Assembly (NCBI GenBank): GCA_040876345.1
Contig: JBBDPM010000001.1
Coordinates: 33,619 to 97,618, forward strand
Source: Candidatus Woykebacteria bacterium
GTDB lineage: Bacteria; Patescibacteriota; Microgenomatia; Woykebacterales; RBG-16-39-9b
DNA: 64,000 bases
Direction of reading: 5' to 3'
The notes beneath the pieces were generated by a model. That model saw only the letters and a program-made list of their open reading frames with translations, was not told the DNA's origin and ran no database searches. Position 1 is the stretch's first letter, and each line of letters opens with the position of its first letter. Positions 40,924 through 50,886 of the stretch are shown here, piece by piece. A program made the position numbers and the translations under genes.

Positions 40924-41006
40924 AGCTGCCATTCTAGCACTTTTTTGAGAGCTAGATCAAAAAAAGTGCTGCGCAAGCTAAGCATTTTTGGTGTAAGATA
41001 CAACCA

Positions 41007-41297
41007 ATGATAATTCATATTGCTTTATTTAAATTTAAGCCGGAAGTTTCAAAAGAAGAAGCTGATGATGCGCTAAATGAAGTTAGAGATTTAAAGATTA
41101 AGATTCCACAAATAATTGAAATCTATACCGGAGAAAATTTCTCCAAACACTCAAAAGGTTTCACCCATGCCATAGTCGTAAAATTCAACTCGGGGGAAGA
41201 TATAGATGCTTACAGGGCTCATCCAGCACATAAACCAATCGCTGATAAATTAGATTCGATGGAAGAGGACTCTATCGGAATAGATTTTGAAGTATGA
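41007..41297 (+). CDS. Dabb (stress-responsive dimeric alpha+beta barrel) protein
   Basis: 96 aa; IIHIALFKFKPE...AHPAH. Confidence 0.65.
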   Translation: MIIHIALFKFKPEVSKEEADDALNEVRDLKIKIPQIIEIYTGENFSKHSKGFTHAIVVKFNSGEDIDAYRAHPAHKPIADKLDSMEEDSIGIDFEV

Positions 41298-41833
41298 AAA
41301 TAATGCTACTTGGTAGTTTACCAAAAGGCGACGAGGCGAGAAGAAGTTTCATTGATTGGAAAAAAGATTACGAAGAGAAAATACTCAAAGAAATTCCTGA
41401 TGCTCAAATAGTTCATGGGGATTTAATAAGTGACAAAGAAGGGCCAGAAATTGTTGTTGGCCACGATTTGTGGCTCGTTAAGCACTCTGATGTAATAATT
41501 GTTGATGCAAGAGCCAAAATAGGGGCGGGGACTGCTCAAGAGATGGTTCTAGCAAAATACTTTAAGAAAGCTGTAATTTCAATCCTTCCTAAGAACACTC
41601 ACCACCGCCGTTCAAACGTCATCTTCCATGGAGAAACAGTTGAGGACTGGATTCATCCATTCCTCTATATTTGTTCAGATTTTATTTCTGAAACAATAGA
41701 GGAAGCTATCAAACGGATAAAGGGCTCCTCAGGCAAAAACGTTAAAGATTTTTCCGTCTTCGAGAAAGAGATTAAAACTTTTGAAACTAAACTTCCCGAC
41801 GTTGTAAAAGAATACTTGAAAAGAGGCTGGTAA
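41294..41833 (+). CDS. nucleoside 2-deoxyribosyltransferase-like fold protein
   Basis: 179 aa; SDVIIVDARAKIGAGTAQEMVLAKYFKKAVISI pattern. Confidence 0.45.
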   Translation: MKIMLLGSLPKGDEARRSFIDWKKDYEEKILKEIPDAQIVHGDLISDKEGPEIVVGHDLWLVKHSDVIIVDARAKIGAGTAQEMVLAKYFKKAVISILPKNTHHRRSNVIFHGETVEDWIHPFLYICSDFISETIEEAIKRIKGSSGKNVKDFSVFEKEIKTFETKLPDVVKEYLKRGW

Positions 41834-41839
41834 GCTCTT

Positions 41840-42340
41840 ATGAAATATCAAGAGAAAAAATATCGAGTAGATTCGTTTACTAAAATTTGGAGAATATTAG
41901 AAGAAGCAGGTGCGAAAAAGAAATCAAAAGTCCTTTCAACTCACTATTATGCACAACAAGAAGGCAATAACATTATAAAACTTGTCCAATACGAAAACAA
42001 AAACGAAATACATCTACTCCAAGAGTCACAAGGTAAATATTCTCTAAAGGAAAAAATCCCTGTAGAAACCACCGATGCTGGCCTAAAACGGCTTAAAGAC
42101 GAAGGCTATAAGGCAGTTGAGGTTGTAAAAATGGTTAATACTGATTACGAATATAAAGGCGGAATTGTAGGACTTTACCTAATAAACAACTTTCTTCATT
42201 CGGTAATTCTAGATTTTCCAGAAGGTCACCACGAAACGCTAGAAAAGGAATTTGGTTTAGAGACTGCAGAAGTCATTAGTGTTCCCTATAATAAATACCT
42301 TGAGCAGATTGGCAAACTCCAATCAATAAAACTAAAGTAA
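41840..42340 (+). CDS. hypothetical protein (possible CYTH-like)
   Basis: 166 aa; N-terminal YQEKKYRV resembles CYTH ExExK start; weak. Confidence 0.35.
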   Translation: MKYQEKKYRVDSFTKIWRILEEAGAKKKSKVLSTHYYAQQEGNNIIKLVQYENKNEIHLLQESQGKYSLKEKIPVETTDAGLKRLKDEGYKAVEVVKMVNTDYEYKGGIVGLYLINNFLHSVILDFPEGHHETLEKEFGLETAEVISVPYNKYLEQIGKLQSIKLK

Positions 42341-42364
42341 TACTTTAGTGGTAAAATCCAAGCT

Positions 42365-42697
42365 ATGATTTCTGACGTATTAGCAGTTTACAAGTTTTTA
42401 AAGGAGACCGTAGAGGATATTACAGTGATAGAAGCTTTATTCTCTTATGATGGTATCCTGGTGGAAGGGGATGAAGTTATAAAAATAAGACTGCACGGCA
42501 CTCCTGGTCAAGATAGAGTTTGGTTTTATGAGGTTTTACCCTATGAAGATTACATTTTTGTTCCTTTTCCTGTAAACCCCGCAGTCTATGTCGATTATGG
42601 TAAACAGAACGGTAAAGAAAACCCCAATGCAAAGTTTTTTTTAGGTATGTTGCTAGCCCGCTATCTAAATATTCGCAAGGTGGAGAGGAAAACGTAG
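42365..42697 (+). CDS. hypothetical protein
   Basis: 110-aa ORF. Confidence 0.4.
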   Translation: MISDVLAVYKFLKETVEDITVIEALFSYDGILVEGDEVIKIRLHGTPGQDRVWFYEVLPYEDYIFVPFPVNPAVYVDYGKQNGKENPNAKFFLGMLLARYLNIRKVERKT

Positions 42698-42775
42698 AAT
42701 TAGATTTTATAGTTTTTGGATACAAGCCTACTGATTTGATAAAAGCACGTAAAAATAAGGGCTAAGCCGCTTGGA

Positions 42776-42927
42776 AGAACCTGCTTAAGTTCGTAAGACT
42801 AAAGTCAAAAGAGTTAATTTGAGGCCAGAGGTTCCTTAAATCGTCCAATAAGGCCGACCAATGAAGTTCGTGCCTGAGTTACTATATCTTAACGTATCAG
42901 GGCTGGTGTGTTATCGAACCTCTGAGG
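42776..42927 (+). repeat. repeat copy 4
   Basis: TTGAGGCCAGAGGTTCCTTAAATCGTCCAATAAGGCCGACCAAT...CGAACCTCTGAGGC. Confidence 0.7.
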
Positions 42928-43410
42928 CTAAGTTTTACTGGACGATTGTTTTAGTAGCTTAGGCCAATTTTCAATAACTTCTTCAAGTTTGTCATACTCG
43001 TAGTAAACTACTTCACCACTTTCAATTAGCCCGCGAACAATTTTTCCAATTCTCCTATCAAACTTCTTCCCCTTTATAATTATTATTGGTGTATAAGGTA
43101 AACCCATCCTAGGTTTGTCAATGGCACGTTGAATTACCATTGACCGACCTTCGCTTGGTGCGGATATTTCAGCAAGTAGAAGGTCAGATTCATCAATCCA
43201 TTTTATGTGAACTTCTCTTTGTTCCCTAAACGTAGGCTTTCTGTTCAATCCCAATTCCTTCTGTAGAAATAAATCTGGGTCGGTTGCAAATACGTATTCG
43301 GCTCGGTAAAGTTTGTGACCTTCGTCTTGTAGGAAAGTCATTAGCTTCCTTAGGTTTACATCAGATTCGCCACCACTAACCTCTGGGTCAACACTGAAAT
43401 ATATCTTCAT
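42928..43410 (-). CDS. nucleoside 2-deoxyribosyltransferase-like fold protein (paralog of 41294..41833)
   Basis: start MKIYFSVDPE at second ATG of promoter module; SDLLLAEISAPSEGRSMVIQRAI pattern. Confidence 0.5.
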   Translation of the reverse strand: MKIYFSVDPEVSGGESDVNLRKLMTFLQDEGHKLYRAEYVFATDPDLFLQKELGLNRKPTFREQREVHIKWIDESDLLLAEISAPSEGRSMVIQRAIDKPRMGLPYTPIIIIKGKKFDRRIGKIVRGLIESGEVVYYEYDKLEEVIENWPKLLKQSSSKT

Positions 43411-43523
43411 AGATGCCATTCTAGCATTTTTGGTGTAAAATTCGAACTGATAAAAATATAGTAAAATAAATAAAGGGTCTGTAGTTCCACAGACACCTGA
43501 ACCTATATTAGTTACACAAAAAG

Positions 43524-44666
43524 ATGGAAAAGTTGAGAAATAAACTCGGAAATAAAGTAATTTTTGGAATTGTAGCAATCATAATTTTGCTTGCCCTTTC
43601 GTTTGTTTTCGGCCGTATTTTTACTAAAGAAGCAATAAATCCTTCTCATACAACTAATACAAAAACGGAAAATTGCACTAATCCTGTGTTCACCGAGTAT
43701 TTCGTTGATCCAAAATTCGTGCAAAAGGTTGGGCAAGTTGGAGTGGTTCATGGTTCTGGACTCTATATTGTAGAGCGTTCGTATGTAAGCGTAAAAAATG
43801 AATTTACCGGACAGAAAGTGCCGGTGTATGCCCCAGTTAATATGACGGTTCTCTCCGGCAGCCATTATATCAATCCCGCAGCTTCCAGCACTGCCTTGCC
43901 AGATTGGGCTCTTTGGTTTGACGCTGGCTGCAATGTGGAAGTAAATCTTGCCCATCTTAAGGAAGTTGTAGATCCAATTGCGGTGCAGCTGCCTGAAGCA
44001 AAAAAAGATAGCAGAAGCACCCAACTAAAACCTCAGCAATTCAAAGCGGGGGATCTTATCGGATACTTCATTTATAACCAGGGAGATGTTGCCGGTTTTG
44101 ATTTCATCGTCAGAGATAAAAAGGTGGTTAATCAATTTATCAATCAGGAGAGATATTCTGGCAATAGAGCGTCAAACTTGATTAACGGTGTCTGCCCTTA
44201 TGATTATTACGAATCTAGAAAAAAAGAAACCTACTACAATTTGCTCGGAGGAGGCGGGGGAACCCTGTTTAAGGTCAAAGACTGCGGCAAGTCTTCGAGG
44301 GATGTGGCGGGAACTATTTCAGGGATGTGGTTTTTGGACAAAGAACCGCAGGAAAATATATATGACAGTTATAAAGATGGGCATTACGGTAGTACCTTAT
44401 CTATTGTTGGAGACGAAGAAAGAGTCACCATAGGCAATTTGGGCACGAGCAATGTCTCCTGGACCCTCAGCAAAAATCCAACCTACAAACTCCCGGAAGA
44501 AGTCGCAAACCAACACTGCTACCAGTTAGACGTATTCACACCTGGGGAAACTAGTGGGTGGGTGTATTTAAAGCTCATTTCTGAAGTTGAACTTGATGTG
44601 GTGTTTTCGCAAACAGGAACTTGCCCGTCTGCATTTCCTGGAAACGCAAAGAGATATTATAAGTAG
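43524..44666 (+). CDS. hypothetical secreted/membrane-anchored protein
   Basis: 380 aa; N-terminal signal anchor; GGGGG tract. Confidence 0.45.
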   Translation: MEKLRNKLGNKVIFGIVAIIILLALSFVFGRIFTKEAINPSHTTNTKTENCTNPVFTEYFVDPKFVQKVGQVGVVHGSGLYIVERSYVSVKNEFTGQKVPVYAPVNMTVLSGSHYINPAASSTALPDWALWFDAGCNVEVNLAHLKEVVDPIAVQLPEAKKDSRSTQLKPQQFKAGDLIGYFIYNQGDVAGFDFIVRDKKVVNQFINQERYSGNRASNLINGVCPYDYYESRKKETYYNLLGGGGGTLFKVKDCGKSSRDVAGTISGMWFLDKEPQENIYDSYKDGHYGSTLSIVGDEERVTIGNLGTSNVSWTLSKNPTYKLPEEVANQHCYQLDVFTPGETSGWVYLKLISEVELDVVFSQTGTCPSAFPGNAKRYYK

Positions 44667-44723
44667 GCAACTAAAATCCGGTTTTTAGCCAGCCTTCTAA
44701 AGAGCGATACTAAACTGTAAGAA

Positions 44724-44908
44724 ATCTGTTTAGATTATTTGGAGAGAAGTCAAAACTGTTAAGTCGAGGCCAGGAGTACCTTATATCGTCCAACAAGGCC
44801 GACCAGAAAACTCGTGCCTAGATTTAATCCCTAGAAAATGAAGTTTCGCAAAGCTCGAAGAGATTTATATCAAATAGATCAGGATGAGGAGAATCGGACC
44901 TTGAATCT
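44724..44908 (+). repeat. repeat copy 5 (longer 3' module variant)
   Basis: GAGGCCAGGAGTACCTTATATCGTCCAACAAGGCCGACCAG...GAGAATCGGACCTTGAATC. Confidence 0.65.
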
Positions 44909-44918
44909 AATAGGGAAG

Positions 44919-45635
44919 TCACTTAGATACAATAAGACTTGCGAACATTGTTGAAGCGTGAGCACTACAGTGGTAGTTGTATTGACCTAAAATAGTGAAT
45001 GTTTGGGAAAAAGTTTGTCCCTGAGTCAACTCTCTTGAGTTCTGTTCCTGAAAATAAGTGTGTTCTGGGTGAGTTTCTGTATTAACAAAATGTCCAACAC
45101 TATCTTGATTTATCCAAACAACTTTAGTTCCTGGTGAAATAATTACTTTATCCTCCCCAAACTTAATATCTCTCATATCAATCGCAACTTCTGCTTGACC
45201 TCTTAAATCTTTGTATGAGGATTTTTTTGAGGAATCAATTGTAAATGAAAAATTACCCTCGTGGCAGCTCTCGTCAGGCCAGCAAGCAGAGTATTTTACA
45301 ATATATTCGCCATCAGGCATTTCTCCCTTTAAGGTTCTTTTCAGAGCTGTTTTTGAATCCTCAATTAAAACCTCTCCTTCTGACCACTCTGTATCAGAAT
45401 TATCTCTAACAGATAGGTTACTTGTCTCGGAAAGGTCAAAATCAAAGTTTATTGTCACGTTTATTGGTTGGGCTGCATAGATCTCACTATGTAGTGGGGT
45501 TGAGTCTAGAAAGTGTGGGGTCTTTTTCTGCCCTTGTGAAGAAGTTTTGTCTTGTTTAAGAAAAATTACTATTCCGACCACAACCAAAAGTATAACAACA
45601 GCTAGACAGGTTAAAATTAAATGGTTTAGTTTCAT
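44919..45635 (-). CDS. CopC-like domain fused to cupredoxin (type-1 copper, plastocyanin/pseudoazurin-like), membrane anchored
   Basis: 238 aa; N-terminal TM; YSACWPDESCHEGNF CopC-like; C-terminal H...YHCSAHASTM copper site. Confidence 0.6.
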   Translation of the reverse strand: MKLNHLILTCLAVVILLVVVGIVIFLKQDKTSSQGQKKTPHFLDSTPLHSEIYAAQPINVTINFDFDLSETSNLSVRDNSDTEWSEGEVLIEDSKTALKRTLKGEMPDGEYIVKYSACWPDESCHEGNFSFTIDSSKKSSYKDLRGQAEVAIDMRDIKFGEDKVIISPGTKVVWINQDSVGHFVNTETHPEHTYFQEQNSRELTQGQTFSQTFTILGQYNYHCSAHASTMFASLIVSK

Positions 45636-46117
45636 AGTTTAACCGAGAAACCAAAAGAACCTTGATGGCAGCTCCCATCTGGCCAGCAAGCACTGTAAGA
45701 AACGCTGTAGTTTCCAGTTTGAGCGGCGTTTACGAGAACACTCATATTAAGCTTGTCGGAACTTATTTGCTTTTCTCCCGTAACAACACTAGACCCATCG
45801 CGTGTGACTTCAATAATCGAGTTGTTCGCCAGGTCAAAGTTAAACTGAATTGATACCTGATTTAAACTTGTGATTAAAAGCTCATTATTTGCTGGGGTAC
45901 TAGACACATAGTGCGGGGTCTTAATATTCTGGAAAGTATCCTGGGTAAATTCTGAGTTTGAATTGTTTGTTGGATTTTTTTCTTCAGCTATATTTGTAGA
46001 TGAATTTGATGAGACGGTTGTGTCCTCACTAGTGTTATTGGTTACATAGAGAATAATAACGATTGTTACTATTGCCAGAACCACGATAAAAGCTGAAATA
46101 ATAACTACTTTTTTCAT
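45632..46117 (-). CDS. CopC-like copper-binding protein, membrane anchored (paralog of N-domain of 44919..45635)
   Basis: 161 aa; YSVSYSACWPDGSCHQGSFGF; HY... after signal anchor. Confidence 0.55.
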   Translation of the reverse strand: MKKVVIISAFIVVLAIVTIVIILYVTNNTSEDTTVSSNSSTNIAEEKNPTNNSNSEFTQDTFQNIKTPHYVSSTPANNELLITSLNQVSIQFNFDLANNSIIEVTRDGSSVVTGEKQISSDKLNMSVLVNAAQTGNYSVSYSACWPDGSCHQGSFGFSVKL

Positions 46118-46165
46118 TCTAAGCTATTTTAACACATAAAATTACAATCCCGACTTGAAACGGTT

Positions 46166-46306
46166 TAAATTCTCAGGACTAAAATTAAAGGAGTTGATTT
46201 GACGCCAGAGGTTCCTGAAATCGTCCAACAAGGCCGACCAATTAATTTCGTGCCTAAGTTACTATATCTTACTGTATCAGGGTTGAGGAGAATCGGACTT
46301 CTGAAG
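46166..46306 (+). repeat. repeat copy 6
   Basis: GACGCCAGAGGTTCCTGAAATCGTCCAACAAGGCCGACCAAT...GAGAATCGGACTTCTGAAGC. Confidence 0.7.
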
Positions 46307-46684
46307 CTAATTCTTTACTGCTACCATACTAATTTCAACGTTGGCACCGAGAGGTAATTCTTTTACACAAACTGTTTCACGAGCTGGAAAAGGGTCGGAC
46401 AAGTAACTTCCATATACTTCATTAATTTTTCCATAAACTGACATATCAGTAACATAAATTGTGGATTTAACTACATTGGCAAACGATACATCCGCTGCTT
46501 CAAGTATAGCTTTTAAGTTTTTCATTATCTGATGTGTTTGTTCTTCGATAGTTCCTTCCAGAAGTTTCCCTTCTGTAGTTAAGTAAATTTGACCAGAAGT
46601 ATATACAAAGTTATTAGCAACGATTGCCTGTGAAAAAGGCCCTGTGGCTTTTGGAGCTTTATCTGTTTCAACTTTTGTTTTCAT
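46307..46684 (-). CDS. RidA/YjgF-family reactive-intermediate deaminase
   Basis: start MKTKVE (leaderless, variant module TGGTAGAAT-N7-ATG); conserved RidA core. Confidence 0.8.
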   Translation of the reverse strand: MKTKVETDKAPKATGPFSQAIVANNFVYTSGQIYLTTEGKLLEGTIEEQTHQIMKNLKAILEAADVSFANVVKSTIYVTDMSVYGKINEVYGSYLSDPFPARETVCVKELPLGANVEISMVAVKN

Positions 46685-46745
46685 TACTGACATTCTACCA
46701 TTTTTAGGGCTTTTTATAAATTTAGTCTTTCTGTATAATGTCGTC

Positions 46746-48122
46746 ATGCCTAAATTAGTTTCAACAAATCCCGCTAAAAACTATGAGCTTGTTGGAGAAG
46801 TAAGTGTTTCGACTGCTTCTGAAATAGCAGAGAATGTAAAAAAGGCTCAAGCTACAAAAGAAGCTTGGAAAGAACTGGGCGTTAAAAAACGAGTCGAGTT
46901 GATGAAACCAATAGTCGAGGAGTTTGAAGGACGCCAAGGGGAGGTTGCTCAGATAATAACCAAGGAGGTAGGAAAGCCAATACGGCAGAGTCGTGATGAA
47001 GTTAGAGGTTACATAGGAGATTTTAAGTGGTTTATAGAAAACGTTGAATCTTCTCTCGCTGAGCAAGTAACTTTTGAAGACGAAAAATCATTACATAAGA
47101 TGGTTCATGAACCAAGTGGCGTTGCTGCCGTAATCACACCATGGAATTTTCCCTTTGGCATGGCCGTTTGGGGAATCGTCCCAAATTTATTAGTTGGTAA
47201 TACTGTTGTTTTCAAGACTTCTGAGGAGTGCCCTTTACTTGGAAAGGTAGTTGAAGAAATTTTTCTAAACCATGATTTGCCTGATGGGGTTTTTGCTGAG
47301 GTGTATGGTAACGGGAACGTTGGCGAACAATTGGCCAAGAGTGATATCAATCTAATTTGGTTCACTGGTAGCTCAAAAACAGGTGGATTCTTGTACAAAA
47401 TCGCTGCCGATAAGTTTGTAAAAGTGATTTTGGAAATGGGCGGTTCCAACCCTGGTATTGTTTTTGAGGATGTAGATATAGAAAAGGCAGCAAATATTAT
47501 GGCTGATGCGAGGCTTCTTAATTGTGGTCAAGACTGCTCTGCTGTTAAAAGACTCCTTGTTGAAGAATCAATTTACAAGGAATTCATTCCTCATCTCAAA
47601 AAGACATTTAAGTCAAAAGTTATTGGTAGCCCAGATGATGAAAAAACTGATGTAGGTAGTCTGGTGGCCAAGAGGCAGTTGGAATTATTAGAGGGTCAAG
47701 TTAACGACTCTTTAGATAAAGGAGCGAAAATAGTTTATCAGGCTAAACTTCCAAAAAATCTAAAGGGTGCCTTTTATCCCCTCACAATTTTAAACAACAT
47801 CGATAAGGACATGAGAGTTTGGAGAGAAGAAGTTTTTGGACCAGTTCTTTCTGTGGTTCCATTCAAAACCGAGGAAGAAGCTGTGGAATTTGCTAATGAT
47901 ACTATCTATGGCTTGGGTAGCAGAATAATTTCTAATGATAAAGAAAAAATAGACAGAGTTGCATCGAAAATTGAAGCAGGAACAGTTGAGGTTAATAAAG
48001 GCGACCGATGGCTTCTCTGCAATCCTTATGGCGGTTATAAAAATTCGGGAATGGGTATTGAACATGGAACCAGAGGTTTTCAAGAGCTTTGCAGGGTGAA
48101 AATTATTGCTTACTCGAAATAG
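46746..48122 (+). CDS. NAD(P)-dependent aldehyde dehydrogenase
   Basis: start MPKLVSTNP 6 nt after TGTATAAT; motifs LEMGGSNP, catalytic LLNCGQDCSAV. Confidence 0.85.
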   Translation: MPKLVSTNPAKNYELVGEVSVSTASEIAENVKKAQATKEAWKELGVKKRVELMKPIVEEFEGRQGEVAQIITKEVGKPIRQSRDEVRGYIGDFKWFIENVESSLAEQVTFEDEKSLHKMVHEPSGVAAVITPWNFPFGMAVWGIVPNLLVGNTVVFKTSEECPLLGKVVEEIFLNHDLPDGVFAEVYGNGNVGEQLAKSDINLIWFTGSSKTGGFLYKIAADKFVKVILEMGGSNPGIVFEDVDIEKAANIMADARLLNCGQDCSAVKRLLVEESIYKEFIPHLKKTFKSKVIGSPDDEKTDVGSLVAKRQLELLEGQVNDSLDKGAKIVYQAKLPKNLKGAFYPLTILNNIDKDMRVWREEVFGPVLSVVPFKTEEEAVEFANDTIYGLGSRIISNDKEKIDRVASKIEAGTVEVNKGDRWLLCNPYGGYKNSGMGIEHGTRGFQELCRVKIIAYSK

Positions 48123-48142
48123 GAGTAGTTTAAGATTCAAAT

Positions 48143-49075
48143 ATGAAAATTGTAATCACGGACAGAATTAATTTTCCTGCTGATACTATGGATAGGTTAA
48201 GGAAAGTTCCAGGAATAGAGATTTATGACGATGTGCCTGATAAGGAAATGGTGATCGAAAGAATCAAAGACGCGGATGTTGCAACCGCTTGGTACGTGGA
48301 TATTACTCGAGAAATAATTGAAGCGACGAATATACTTAAATATATTATTGTGCCTGCCGTTGCTACTGATTGGGTTGACAAGGAAGCCGCAAAGGAAAAA
48401 GGTATAAAAGTCCTGAACTGCCCTACCTTTAATTCTCAAGCAGTTGCCGAACACGCTATCGCCTTGATGTTTGCGGTAAAGAGGCAAATTGTGGCCGCGA
48501 ACTTGCAGATTTTGAATGGTGGGTTCAACTCAAAAAACTTTGAAGGAACTGAGGTCAAAGAAAAAACTCTAGTTACTTTCGGATACGGCAATATTGGTAA
48601 AAAGGTTATTGAAATGGCCAAGGGGTTGGGAATGGAAACAGGCTATATAAACACAAAAACAAGTGAGCAAGAAGCCGAACAACTACTCAAAAAAGCAGAC
48701 GTTTTGGTGATGTGCTTATCTCTAAGCGAAAAGTCTAAGGAAATCTTAAACTCTGAAAGACTTTCCCTGCTAAAAACTTCTGCGGTAGTTATCAACGTGG
48801 CAAGAGGGTTGGTGATAGAACAAGACGCTTTTTATAAAGCACTAACTGAAGGAGAACTAGCAGGGGCGGGAATTGATACTTTCCCAAATGACGAAACCAC
48901 TACCACTGATGGTAAAACACCCGAGCACATCCTCAAGTTTGCCAAACTTCCCAATGTTGTAGCTACTCCTCATATGGGTTTTAAGACAAAAGAATCTATG
49001 GAAAGGCTTGGAGATGAACTAATTAAGAATATTGAAAGCTGCATTAAAGGCAATCCCACCAATGTAGTTAATTAG
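48143..49075 (+). CDS. D-isomer-specific 2-hydroxyacid dehydrogenase family protein
   Basis: 310 aa; GYGNIGKKV NAD-binding; catalytic R...E...H (VVATPHMGF). Confidence 0.8.
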   Translation: MKIVITDRINFPADTMDRLRKVPGIEIYDDVPDKEMVIERIKDADVATAWYVDITREIIEATNILKYIIVPAVATDWVDKEAAKEKGIKVLNCPTFNSQAVAEHAIALMFAVKRQIVAANLQILNGGFNSKNFEGTEVKEKTLVTFGYGNIGKKVIEMAKGLGMETGYINTKTSEQEAEQLLKKADVLVMCLSLSEKSKEILNSERLSLLKTSAVVINVARGLVIEQDAFYKALTEGELAGAGIDTFPNDETTTTDGKTPEHILKFAKLPNVVATPHMGFKTKESMERLGDELIKNIESCIKGNPTNVVN

Positions 49076-49107
49076 TTAAGATTGCTATATCAGGCTATAA
49101 TTAGTCT

Positions 49108-49650
49108 ATGACCTTTCTTAAAGTAATACGGCTTGGACATCCTAAATTGAGATCTAAATCAAAACAAGTAAGTAAAAAGGAACTGTCTTCAAAAACTTTT
49201 CAGAAGTTTTTGGACGATTTAGCCGAAACTTGTTTGAAATATAACGGGGCTGGAATAGCAGCCCCGCAGGTTGGGGTAAATAAAAGAGTAATTGTAGTTC
49301 ATGTAGATCCAAAGAACCCCCGTTATCCAAATAAGAAACCGTTTCCCCTTTCCATAGTCATTAACCCAAAAATAGTTAAACGCTCATCTAAAATAACTGA
49401 TGATTGGGAAGGAGATCTGTCCGCTGGTATTATAGGTCTTGTGCCAAGACCGAATGCCTGCACTGTGGTAGGACTTGATAGAAAAGGTAAAGAGGTAACT
49501 TTCAAACTCACTTATGGTTTCCATGCGAAAGTTTTTCAACACGAGATCGATCATTTAAACGGTGTTTTCTTTATTGATAGGGTTAAAAAGAACAACACAA
49601 TCAGTGAGTTGGCAGAATGGGAGAAATATTGGAAGGACAAGAAGATTTAG
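49108..49650 (+). CDS. def: peptide deformylase homolog with Cys-to-Asp substitution in motif II (EGDLS)
   Basis: 180 aa; motif I GAGIAAPQVGV, motif III HEIDHLNG, motif II reads WEGDLSAG. Confidence 0.75.
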   Translation: MTFLKVIRLGHPKLRSKSKQVSKKELSSKTFQKFLDDLAETCLKYNGAGIAAPQVGVNKRVIVVHVDPKNPRYPNKKPFPLSIVINPKIVKRSSKITDDWEGDLSAGIIGLVPRPNACTVVGLDRKGKEVTFKLTYGFHAKVFQHEIDHLNGVFFIDRVKKNNTISELAEWEKYWKDKKI

Positions 49651-49838
49651 TTAGGATAATAATAAACTGCGGTTCCTTTTCTTTCTTTTCTCACTAAACC
49701 TCTTTTAATGAGAGTATCTCGGAAACTGGCAGTATGAGGTTTACCCAATACACGATTTAATTCAGAAGGTCTGATTCCTGGATTATTTTTAATGATTAAA
49801 AGCATTTCCTCCAAAAACTTTTCCCTAAAGCTTTTCAT
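49647..49838 (-). CDS. small winged-helix DNA-binding protein
   Basis: start MKSFREKF at second ATG of promoter module; helix-turn-helix pattern. Confidence 0.45.
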   Translation of the reverse strand: MKSFREKFLEEMLLIIKNNPGIRPSELNRVLGKPHTASFRDTLIKRGLVRKERKGTAVYYYPN

Positions 49839-49877
49839 AGCTGCCATTCTAGCATTTTTGGTGTAAGATACAAACAT

Positions 49878-50417
49878 ATGAAACGTGGTCCGTTTAAAAT
49901 AAAAAGTTCTAAGCTCATTTATAAAAACGATTGGATAGAAGTACGAGAAGATGAAATCATTCGACCTAACGGGAAAGAAGGTGTTTTTGGCATTGTGGAA
50001 GGGGCTTCTGGCTCATCGATTGTCGCTTTGACCAAGGATAATGAAGTTTACCTCACCGAAGAATATCGCTACGCTCAAGATAAAATTACATACGAACTGC
50101 CAAGCGGTGCGATAGATAAGGGGGAGACACCTCTTGATTCGGCAAAAAGAGAACTGAAGGAGGAAACTGGTCTGACTGCAAATAAATGGGCTGATTTGGG
50201 TTATATAAATCCACTTACCGTTATCCTTAAGTCTCTGAACTATATGTTTCTTGCAGAGCAACTAAGGGAAGGTGAGGCTGAAGATGAGGAAAGCGACTTA
50301 ATCGAACTTAAAAAGGTTTCTTTAATTAAGTGTTTAGAAATGATTGAGAAGGGCCAGATAACTCATGCAGCTAGCGTGGTCGCTATACTAAAAGTTGCAA
50401 AATTAAAGGAATTATAA
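49878..50417 (+). CDS. NUDIX hydrolase (ADP-ribose pyrophosphatase-like)
   Basis: Nudix box GAIDKGETPLDSAKRELKEETGL. Confidence 0.8.
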   Translation: MKRGPFKIKSSKLIYKNDWIEVREDEIIRPNGKEGVFGIVEGASGSSIVALTKDNEVYLTEEYRYAQDKITYELPSGAIDKGETPLDSAKRELKEETGLTANKWADLGYINPLTVILKSLNYMFLAEQLREGEAEDEESDLIELKKVSLIKCLEMIEKGQITHAASVVAILKVAKLKEL

Positions 50418-50440
50418 AGTCATACAATTTAGAAATCTAC

Positions 50441-50530
50441 CGAGGTTAGCTAAACTAAAGTCGAACGAATTTAGTGTAGGCCAGAGGTTCCGAATATCGT
50501 CCAACAAGGCCAACCATTGCGTCTAACACG
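50441..50530 (+). repeat. repeat copy 7 (degenerate 3' part)
   Basis: GTGTAGGCCAGAGGTTCCGAATATCGTCCAACAAGGCCAACCATTG. Confidence 0.6.
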
Positions 50531-50604
50531 ACCATTGACAAATAAAGTTTACAAGTTTACAATGTAAGAAGTTTGAAAATTAAACACAATGTTAGGAGTA
50601 TACA

Positions 50605-50886
50605 ATGGAAAATAAAAATCAAGAAAAATGGGTAAAAATACTTGGTAAAGGAATGCTGACTCTTCCTAAAGAATGGAGGGATGAGGCAGGTATTGATACC
50701 GGTGATGTCGTCAAGGCAAAAAAGGAAAGAAATAAGATCGTTATCGAATTAAAAGATCAAACCAAGAAAGTTCCCTATCGTACTTACACCGACTCTGAAC
50801 TAGATGAATTTTTAAAAGAAGATAAGCTTCCTAAAAGCCTTTCCGAAAGAATCGATAGGTTTTTGTCCACCGCCAAAAATAAATGA
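50605..50886 (+). CDS. AbrB/MazE/SpoVT-family antitoxin
   Basis: 93 aa; swapped-hairpin motif GKGMLTLPKEWRDEAGIDTGDVV. Confidence 0.7.
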   Translation: MENKNQEKWVKILGKGMLTLPKEWRDEAGIDTGDVVKAKKERNKIVIELKDQTKKVPYRTYTDSELDEFLKEDKLPKSLSERIDRFLSTAKNK

